From: Octopus vulgaris
Taxonomy: Eukaryota
Assembly (NCBI GenBank): GCA_951406725.2
Contig: OX597833.1
Location: 15,004,001 to 15,068,000, forward strand
DNA length: 64,000 nucleotides
Reading direction: 5' to 3'
Shown: positions 52,834-64,000 of the stretch, one piece after another
Layout: every line of letters begins with the position of its first letter
How positions within the stretch are numbered: the stretch's first letter is position 1
Notes under the pieces: model-generated
What the model was told of the DNA's origin: nothing
The model's database searches: none
Seen by the model: the letters and a program-made list of their open reading frames with translations, nothing else
Program-made: the position numbers and the translations under genes

Positions 52834-53234
52834 GCGCAGGAGTGGCTGTGTGGTAAGTAGCTTGCTAACCAACCACATGGTTCCGGGTTCAGTTCCACTG
52901 CGTGGCATCTTGGGCAAGTGTCTTCCGACCAATGCCTTGTGAGTGGATTTGGTAGACGGAAACTGAAAGAAGCCTGTCGTATATATGTATATATATAAAT
53001 ATGTATGTGTGTGTGTTTGTGTGTCTGCGTTTGTTCCCCTAGCATTGCTTGACAACCGATGCTGGTGTGTTTACGTCCCCGTCACTTAGCGGTTCGGCAA
53101 AAAAAGACCGATAGAATAAGTACTGGGCTTACAAAAAGAATAAGTCCCGGGGTCGAGTTGCTCGACTAAAGGCGGTGCTCCAGCATGGCCGCAGTCAAAT
53201 GACTGAAACAAGTAAAAGAGTAAAAGAGTAAAAG
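52834..53234 (+). mobile_element. SINE family A
   Basis: Homology. Confidence 0.92.
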
Positions 53235-53854
53235 TTTGTATGTAACTATGAATATGTTTGTATGTTTTTTGCTTATGTTTCTCTGCCTGATTCTTTATCT
53301 TCGTCTCTCTCTCTCTCTCACTCTCACACTCTTTCCTTCTCTCTCTTTACTTACGTATTTCTATGTCTGTTTGTATTTGTGCCTCACTGTATCAACAATG
53401 GAACTCAATACATTTTATCAAAGACAAACTAATTAAAAACTGACGCGCAGAAAACGTACAAGTATGCCTGAAGCCAAATATCTCATTTTTGAACAAGCTT
53501 TTAAATTATATCGACAGCTTTCTAGTAGTACTCAAATCTCTAATTACTATTTACAAATACCGCCCATAGCCTAGTAGATGTCTACATGTAAGATATTTGG
53601 TGCTGGGGGAGAAAAAATAATGTCTGCATTGTTGCGTATCTCTGTCACCTGATTTTCAATATCAAGGACATTTATAAGATGGCTTTGTTTCTCTAAAGAG
53701 CCTGTGTTATATTCTAGTTGGATTAACCTATTATACGGATTAAATATATGGTTAATAGAGTATCCATTAATTAAAGTCTTCGTATTCTTGGATCTGAATT
53801 TTTGATTTGGATTTTCGAATTCAAATATGGTACTGATGTAAGTATGTAATGAAA

Positions 53855-54243
53855 GGATGGAAGCACTCCGTCGGTTACGACGATGAGGGTTCCGGTTGAT
53901 CCGAATCAACGGAACAGCCTGCTCGTGAAATTAACGTGTAAGTGGCTGAGCACCCCACAGACACGTGCACTCTTAACGTAGTTCTCGGGGATATTCAGCG
54001 TGACACAGAGAGTGACAAGGCCGGCTCCTTGAAATACAGGTACAACAGAAACATGAAGTAAGAGTGAGAGAAAGTTGTGGTGAAAGAGTACAGCAGGGAT
54101 CACCACCATCCCCTGCCGGAGCCTCGTGGGGCTTTTAGGTGTTTTCGCTCAATAAACACTCACAACGCCCGGTCTGGGAATCGAAACCGCGATCCTATGA
54201 CCGCGCCTCCGCTGCCCTAACCACTGGGCCATTGCGCCTCCAC
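53855..54243 (-). mobile_element. SINE family C, full length
   Basis: Homology; TSD ATGTAATGAA (53844/54244). Confidence 0.93.
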
Positions 54244-55099
54244 ATGTAATGAATATAGTAGCGTAAATAGATGTAATCTATAAAAATCTACAACGATAAC
54301 AAAGAAAAATTACGTCGTGGGGGAAAGAAAGAAACGTATACTCGTAATTGATAAATAATATTTTCGAATTTTTGGCAAGTCGATGCGACGACGAGAGATA
54401 TATGTAGCTATTACGTCGGGATTGGGAAGTCTAATATTCGACTTAAGTGCCAAATACAACCAATAAGTAAATGTAATGTAGCCTATTAGCCTATTAGTTC
54501 AAGTAGGGAATGTTATAAATGTGTGCGTATTTGAGTGTATACATATATACATACTTACATATATTGACATAGAAGGCTATTGACGTACATATTACATCAA
54601 TTATGCATTGATATAAACTGTCTAATAAATGCCAGAAACATATGTACCGCTAAATCCTTTGCATCATGATAAATATATATATTTCCACCATGGGTAATCA
54701 CAATTGCTTAAGGTAAAATGAATTGCTTAAGGTAAAAATGAATTCCTCGCTCTTTCGGAAACATCAATCTTCTGTATTGACCGCTTTCCACCACTTTGAT
54801 CTGTTTTTTGTATTGAATACGTATCGCCACCGTGGGCCACTACATCGAACACTTTGAACATATACTTCAAACTATATATCAACTATACATGAACTATATA
54901 TCAACTATACATGAACTCTAAGATGTCTGACTCCGTTGTGTATTATAAATGAATTTCTTGTGTTTGACGGCATGAGCTGTCTCTTTTTATATATAACTTT
55001 TTTTGATAAGGTTCATTTCAGGAACTGAAACATGTTATAATGTATATATAAAAATTAAAAATTGTATAATACAGCAGCATTTTCGAACTTCATTTTTTA

Positions 55100-55150
<51 letters not shown>

Positions 55151-55492
55151 AATATATATATACATATATAAATATATATATATATATTACTCTTTATTTT
55201 TATTAAACTTTTAATACTTTTGATATATATTTAAAATAATATAAATTAAATTAATTTTATGTATTGGCTTATGTTTTTCATTTTTTGATTTGCCTGATAG
55301 TGATTTTATCTCTATTTTAATATAATATAATATAATATATTTATACTATAAAATTGGATTTAATCCTAAATCTGATTTTTCCCTGTAAGCTTGGATTTAT
55401 TCCCTAATATTTTATTATATATATATATATATATATATACAAATATATATATACATATATAAATATATATATATATACAAATATATATATAC

Positions 55493-55525
<33 letters not shown>

Positions 55526-55620
55526 CAAATATGTATATACATATATAAATATACATATATATATATATACAAATATATATATACATATATAAATATACAT
55601 ATATATATATATACAAATAT

Positions 55621-55796
55621 ACAACTTCACGGCAGGAGGGGCAGATGAGGGCAGCTGCATCGAACTCTCTCATGCACCAAATAGCAGTTGCTAGAAAGCC
55701 TCCATGAAGTGAAACCAAGTAGCAACACCAAATGGCGGTGCCCCAGCATGGCCACAGCTCATAAGCTGAAACTAGAATCAATCAATCAATCAATCA
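55621..55796 (+). mobile_element. CR1-like LINE 3' end in (TA)n
   Basis: Codes [19 protein letters not shown] (compare PTSRQETQRRAA near 58585), then a stem-loop tail and (AATC)n. Confidence 0.78.
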
Positions 55797-55807
55797 TACA
55801 TATATAA

Positions 55808-55839
<32 letters not shown>

Positions 55840-55889
55840 ACAAATATATATATACATATATAAATATACATATATATATATATATACAA

Positions 55890-56415
<526 letters not shown>

Positions 56416-56445
56416 ATATATATATATATACAAATATATATATAC

Positions 56446-56544
<99 letters not shown>

Positions 56545-56669
56545 TAGCAGAGGTGACTGGCATCGTGGATTAAAACGGTATAGCTTTTATTGGTTTACTT
56601 GTTTCGGTCATGTGACGGCGACGATGCTGGAGCACCGCTTTGGTCGAAGAAAGTGAACCCGGGTCTTAT

Positions 56670-56756
<87 letters not shown>

Positions 56757-56828
56757 TCCATATATATATATACATATATATATATAATATATATACATAT
56801 ATAATATATATACATATATATATATATA

Positions 56829-56892
<64 letters not shown>

Positions 56893-56896
56893 GTAC

Positions 56897-56945
<49 letters not shown>

Positions 56946-56957
56946 ACATATATATAT

Positions 56958-57008
<51 letters not shown>

Positions 57009-57040
57009 ACATATATATATATACATACATACATAGTTAG

Positions 57041-57085
<45 letters not shown>

Positions 57086-57132
57086 TATACATACATATAT
57101 ATATACAGGTATATGTACATGTGTATATATAC
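56416..57132. repeat. (TA)n arrays with an embedded minus-strand SINE A tail fragment (~56590-56670)
   Basis: Directly visible. Confidence 0.9.
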
Positions 57133-57359
57133 ATGATGAAAGTATTAATAGTGAAACTATCAAAACTGAAGGTATTATCTTACATTACAATAGAGATGTT
57201 ATTTACATTAGTTACATTATTTACACTCCCCAGCCTTCTTCTGGTGTCTTGGGGAAATTTCGATCCTACCCGTGGGCAATTATCGAGTGAATTTTAGCGC
57301 TTATAAATCTAATATATATATGTATATATATATATATATATATACATATATACATATAT

Positions 57360-57605
57360 GTGTGTGTGTCTCCTTGTGTGCCTGTGCGTCTGTGTGTTAT
57401 TTGTGTTTGCCCTAACCACCGCGTAAAAACTGGTGCTGGTTAGCTATCTTCCCTGTGATGTACCGGTTTCCCAAAACGGAACGATAGAATAAGTTCCAGG
57501 GTTTTAAAAATGTAAATACTATGGTCAATTTCTTCGAGTAGATATTTCAAAGCAATGCCCCAGCATGGCCGTACTCCAACAACCGAAACAAACAAAATAA
57601 AAATA
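57360..57605 (+). mobile_element. Diverged SINE family A 3' half
   Basis: CGATAGAATAAG...CCCCAGCATGGCCG...CCGAAACAA. Confidence 0.7.
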
Positions 57606-58120
57606 AAAAAAGTATAATGCATAATTCAAATTAAGCGAGTAAACCGTTTCAGCAGGCTATAAAATTAAAAATATCCATATCCAAACTTCAATTATCCTCC
57701 CCGTTGGAACTGTTTACTAATCTTATTCAAATTTATTAAATATGCAATTTTAGATACTAATTTCCTGATGGATATATATGAGTGTATTTGCATTAGAGTT
57801 GTGGAAACAGTCGCAAGGATCACAATAGAATCAGCGTGAGACTCAATATATATTCATTTAGCTTTAGACGAATGTGTTCAATTTGTTCTGAACATTCCTT
57901 TTAACCAACGTATCTTTACACAAACTGGGTCCTGCTGTGGTTATTGGATTTAAGTACTAATAGATTGGAATGTAACAACATATTAAAAGATTAGCAATTA
58001 AATTACGTTAATATATATTTTCATAGCACTCAAGCATTAAATCAATATATTAAAGTGTGCACAATGCATATGATGTTATTCACACACAGACACACAGAGA
58101 AACACGCTTATAGACACACA

Positions 58121-58210
<90 letters not shown>

Positions 58211-58377
58211 CGTACAAATTCATTCACATACGTAAATTAATATTTACATTTATATTATATATATGCATTTGTGAACAGACTTGCAAAGACAAAACCAAAT
58301 AAATATGTGTTGGAAAATGAATGCACAGCATGTACGTTCATGTACCAAATACATGCGTCTATACATATGTATAGCTA

Positions 58378-58738
58378 CACTCCCTGGACAGAAGACGAGG
58401 AAGGAATGCAGTGAACTACATAATCAAAACTGCTGTCTTCTTCATCTCAAATAAGGACACATTATTGGAACAGCTTGGGATTTAGGGGACCAAAACTGTT
58501 TAAGGAACAAATGAGATCTGCAAGGTGTAGATGGGGAAATGTTAAAAAAGCATCTGGACAAATTTCTATCTGAAATCCCAGACGGGCCCACATCACGGCA
58601 AGAGACGCAAAGAAGAGCAGCTTTGCCCAAGTCACACTACTTCACCAAAAACAGTGCCGAAAGTAAACCCCACCAAATTAGAGACGGTGCTCCAGGTTGG
58701 CTCCAGCCTATGGCTAAACCAGTAGAAAATAATGAAAG
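58378..58738 (+). mobile_element. Decayed CR1-like LINE 3' fragment
   Basis: SLDRRR, GPKLF, LKKHLDKFLSEIPDGPTSRQETQRRAA, tail GACGGTGCTCCAG...CAGCCTATGGCTAAAC. Confidence 0.78.
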
Positions 58739-58774
58739 AATACACACATATATATATATATATGTGTGTGTGTG

Positions 58775-58964
58775 TACCGTTGGCGATTTTTTTCCTGTCT
58801 TCCCTTCTCTGGATCTTTCCTTCTCCTATGTTTCCGACGAAGAGTTCCGCTCGAAACGTTAAACCCTTCTTCTTCCCTTCTTTCCTGAGCGTCCAATAAT
58901 ACTATATTTGTTCCACGTCCTCGCGTTGCTGTGTTTTTTTTTGTATTTTCTTGTTTGGATTAAC
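58775..58964 (+). mobile_element. Short (TA)n-anchored element with minimal hammerhead-like motif
   Basis: GTTT-CCGACGA-A-GAGT-TCC-GCTC-GAAACGTT-AAAC at 58830-58864. Confidence 0.7.
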
Positions 58965-59272
58965 TATATATATATATATGAATTTAAAGGTTTAATTAAC
59001 AGTATTAACCAGTATCCCCTTCACAATTGAATACAGCCACAAACAGCTACTCTTCCTGGTAGCTACTGAAATTGAAACCGACATCTCCTTCATATGAACT
59101 AACTCAAAAAAAATGTCTTCTAATCTCCTCCTATCTTAATATGTTTCGGGTGGCAGGAAGAGAATAGAAGATAATTTGTATGATTGCATCAAATCCAGAT
59201 AGTTAATTTTATTATTATTGTTATTGATATTGTTGTTGTTCTTGTTGTTATCATCATCATCATTATTACTAC

Positions 59273-59338
<66 letters not shown>

Positions 59339-59340
59339 CA

Positions 59341-59899
59341 TAGCGTGAGAGAACAGTGTATGTCATCAAAGTGACACTGGGGTAAAATACACCAAGACCA
59401 GTATTCCCATCATGACTACCCATCTGATAAAGTTACATTAGGGACATGCATCACAACTATATGTGCACGACATGGTAATCTCATATCAAGATAAACAGCA
59501 CATGACCTTGCAGGTGGGGCCCAGTTCAAGTTTTCTTCTGGTCGAGTAACCCATCCCGCTCAATAAGGTTCCTGAATAAGGATTCTTTAAGGATGTTGAA
59601 CGAACCACCCATGCTTCCAGTGGTGAATTATTCATACCCCCCAAAATCCCTCTCAACACACGGATATGATGCTTCCCACTACTTCTGCCCGAGATCAGAG
59701 ATGCACTTATCATCAGCCAGTAAGGGACATGCTCAAATGGTTAAGGTCACACAACTGAGAAGCAAATATGTCGTATTGAGCAGAATATTTGCTGTAGCCC
59801 ATCTTTTATATTAAGACAAAACAATGTACATGATAACACTTCCAATCAATTAAGATCAGATACCACGAGAGCCACTGCCTAGTATTACATCAGGGCACT
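59341..59899. mobile_element. Unclassified ~560-bp non-coding insertion within (ATT)n
   Basis: Complex sequence sharply bounded by (ATT)n on both sides; single copy in this window. Confidence 0.5.
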
Positions 59900-59936
59900 T
59901 ATTATTATTATTATTATTATTATCATCATTATCACT

Positions 59937-60104
59937 AAGAAAAATTACGTCACACTTTCTGCAGACAGACGTATATCTATCTATCTACCTATCTACGCTA
60001 GATGCCTAAATATCGTTCAACCAATTTCACATTATAAATATGGAACTCTTCTATTTATTTCACTATATAACTTCTGGAATAAATCTCAGTCCTATATAAT
60101 CTTA

Positions 60105-60138
<34 letters not shown>

Positions 60139-60309
60139 GAGAAATAACGTCACACTTTCTGCACACAAACATATATATATCTATCTACCTATCTACGCTA
60201 GATGCCGAAATATCGTTGAACCAATTTCACATGATAACTATGCCACTCTTCCATTTATTTCTCTATAACTTCTGGAGGAATTACCAAAGTCCTATAAAAT
60301 CTTATCATT
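59937..60309. repeat. Diverged ~200-bp tandem duplication; third partial copy at ~61486-61530
   Basis: ACGTCACACTTTCTGCA...CTATCTACGCTAGATGCC...CTTATCATT occurs twice. Confidence 0.85.
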
Positions 60310-60383
60310 CTCATCATCATCATCGTCATCATCATTATTATTATTATTATTATTACCATTATTATTATTACCATTATTATTAC

Positions 60384-60414
<31 letters not shown>

Positions 60415-60476
60415 GTTTTTATTTTTATTCTTCTTCTTCTTCTTCTTCTTCTTCTTATTTTTATTATTATTTTTAC

Positions 60477-60548
<72 letters not shown>

Positions 60549-60640
60549 TATTATTATTACCATTATTATTATTACCATTATTAGTACCATTATTATTATT
60601 ATTATTAATATTATTTTTATTTTTATTCTTCTTCTTATTA

Positions 60641-60677
<37 letters not shown>

Positions 60678-60842
60678 TATTATTACCATTATTATTATTA
60701 TTATTATTATTAATATTATTATTTTCATTTTTCTTCTTCTCCTTATTTTTATTATTACCATTATTTTATTATTATTATTACCATTATTATTATTACTATT
60801 ATTATTATTATTATTATTACTATTTTTATTATTATTATTATT
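60310..60842. repeat. (ATT)n/(CTT)n trinucleotide array
   Basis: Directly visible. Confidence 0.95.
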
Positions 60843-61534
60843 GAGTGTATGTCGTGATGAGTAGAATCAGCAAAAATACTTATCAACGTACAGCAAGAAA
60901 TGAAATTAAAGAAAAAGAACAACCTCAGCAATTACCAAAAAAAAAACCCCAAAAAAACATGAATGTTTAATGCTTAGTATGTGAAATTAACGAGACATGC
61001 AAACAGTTCAAAGCATAAATAGTTTACTATATACATATACACGTGCGTGTGCATAGTAGAGTGCGTGTGTATTTATGAGTGTATATGAGCACGCGCGTGT
61101 GTGTGTGTCTGCATGTATGTGTAGGTGTGTGTGTGTGTCTGCATGTGTGTGTAGGTGTGTGTGTGTAGGTGTGTGTGTGTGTGTCTGCATGTGTGTGTAG
61201 GTGTGTGTGTGTATTTGGATAGATTAATTGTTTACTTAAAGATGAAGGACGGTGGAATTTGTAAAGAACAATTTGTATAGGTTACAGCTAAATGTAGAGC
61301 AAATATTTGAATTTTGCAGATTTAATCTTTAGCCAAACATGTTCCGTTTACGCTCGCTCAATGGGCCATGAGATGAACTGTTGAATATAATGGATATAAT
61401 TGTTTAAGAAAAAATCAAATGGCTGTATATATCCACAGAAACGTATACACACGCACATACAGGCATACAGGCACACAAAGATGCAAACGTCACATTTTCT
61501 GCACACACAAGTATATCTATCTATCTACACCCCC

Positions 61535-61990
<456 letters not shown>

Positions 61991-62178
61991 TATTCCACAT
62001 ATAAAAAGCAGTATAGATATATGTGTGTATATATATATAAGTATACTGTTATGTATAAGCGGAATAGTATTATAACACATCCTTTAGATATATAAATATT
62101 TGTCCATAAATACAAACATAGAAGTATTTCAGTCACATATATACACACAGACACAGACACACACACATACACACACAG

Positions 62179-62220
<42 letters not shown>

Positions 62221-62428
62221 TTGTATACCTGTGGGTATCTATGATTACTCACACACACACCCATATATATGAAACAAACACATATATACATATACAAGTG
62301 TGCATTTATATATATGTATACAGCCATGTATTTCACCCTTTCAACTGTGTGTATGTGTATACATATATATATATATATTTATCTATGTATATATGTATGT
62401 ATGTATGTATGCATGTATCTATCTATCT

Positions 62429-62496
<68 letters not shown>

Positions 62497-63060
62497 ATGT
62501 ATGTATACAAACCGATACAGTCATACATAGCCAGATATTTGCACAAGTGTAAGTGTTAGTGTAGGTGTGAGTGTGTGCGTGTGCGTATCTGTGAGTGTTT
62601 GTGTGTGTATGTGAATGTGAATGCTTATTGGTATGACAAGAGCATGCTACAGGTTTTTTTTTTTCATTTTGAATTAAATTACGTGTATGGAATTAACTGG
62701 AATTATGCAACTGTGAAGGAAAGAGAGAAAGTGTGTGAAACAGAGACAGTGGGTGAGATAGAGAGGGAGGTATAAAAGAGAAAGAGTGGGAAGGGGGTAG
62801 CTGAGAAGGTGAAAGGGAGAAACACATTGCTGTTCCAATGTTATCAATCTGAAAGAGATCTTAGATGTAAATCGAGAAAAACCGATTAATTAGATTCTTT
62901 GAACTTTAAACTAACAAACGCTTCATCGACAGACACGTTGGAAGAAAATTAGAAGAAGATGCTCAGAAGCTTCTTCATACATACATGCGTTGACAAACAT
63001 ATTGGTCTGTCTTCCATTTTCTCTGTCTCTATCTCTGTACTTGCTTTGCTCTCTCAATTA

Positions 63061-63111
<51 letters not shown>

Positions 63112-63113
<2 letters not shown>

Positions 63114-63247
63114 CGGGAGGCTTTATGAAAATAGACAAAAGACGAAGGCAGGTGGAAAACAAACAAACAATTGTATTAGTATGGCGCTCAGGAAATATAA
63201 ATAAAACAAGTCTTTAACGTTTCGAGCCTACGCTCTTCAACAGAAAT
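63112..63247 (-). mobile_element. Short (TA)n-anchored element with minimal hammerhead-like motif
   Basis: Minus strand TTT-CTGTTGA-A-GAGC-GTAG-GCTC-GAAACGTT-AAA. Confidence 0.68.
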
Positions 63248-63258
63248 GTGTGTATATA

Positions 63259-63344
<86 letters not shown>

Positions 63345-63388
63345 ATATTTGTATATATATATATATATATACAAATATATATATTTGC

Positions 63389-63445
<57 letters not shown>

Positions 63446-63448
<3 letters not shown>

Positions 63449-63620
63449 GAAATTTACAGAAGAACAAGAGACGAAGATAGGTGTATAAACAACAAAAAAG
63501 TGAATTTGTTTAACGCTCGGTAAGTTGAGAATGTAATTTCAGTTTCGAGCGTTCGCTCTTCAACAGAAAGAAATATGGGGAAACAGAGAGAGAATAAAAA
63601 GAATAAACTTTTGGAGCTAG
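63446..63620 (-). mobile_element. Short (TA)n-anchored element with minimal hammerhead-like motif (another subfamily)
   Basis: Minus strand TTT-CTGTTGA-A-GAGC-GAAC-GCTC-GAAACT. Confidence 0.62.
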
Positions 63621-64000
63621 CGGTCAATCATGCCGGTTGGCTAGATAAAGCTAGTTAGACAGAAGAGCTAGGAAAAAGGGGAGACAATAAAGTATTGGTG
63701 ATCACAAAACGAAGGTGCCCCTGCGTGTGTATGTGAGAATGTGTGTGTGCGCGTGGATAGGGGCTAGTGATTTTCACGTATGGATATGTGCGTGTGCGGG
63801 GTGGTGTGATGTGGTATATATATATATAATTAATGTAGGATAAAATTTTTTTTCGAAAAAAATTTTTTATCAATGGCCAGCATGTTAAAAAATAACTTTA
63901 AAGGTTAAAATTATAAACAACTTATAAATAAGGGCAAACGAAAAAATTTCTATTGCCAAATATGCCGAGATTGAACATATTACCCATAACCATATAATTT

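Overview
AT-rich, microsatellite-saturated eukaryotic DNA. The repeat content resembles a coleoid cephalopod, probably Octopus; this is inferred from recognising the SINE families, not verified. Only one convincing protein-coding gene is present: a single-exon-CDS class A (rhodopsin-like) orphan GPCR at 33214-34308 (-). The rest is repeat landscape: four to five tRNA-derived SINE families, CR1-like, R4/Dong-like and L1/Tx1-like LINE remnants, a decayed Tc1/mariner with both TIRs, four non-autonomous Helitrons, several fold-back structures, and many (TA)n, (TATC)n, (ATT)n and (GAT)n arrays that generate nearly all the spurious ORFs. One SINE family carries an internal microsatellite and another forms 184-bp tandem multimers. 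The most interesting signals are: (i) a dispersed family of short (TA)n-anchored elements carrying minimal hammerhead-ribozyme-like motifs (Penelope/retrozyme-like), plus a related motif in sense orientation just downstream of the GPCR; (ii) a 409-bp tandem repeat holding hammerhead core parts in a non-canonical order; (iii) SINE multimers with a fixed junction and, at one locus, a single TSD; (iv) a covarying 3' stem-loop shared by a SINE and its probable partner LINE. Coordinates were counted by eye and may be off by a few bases; no searches or folding were run.
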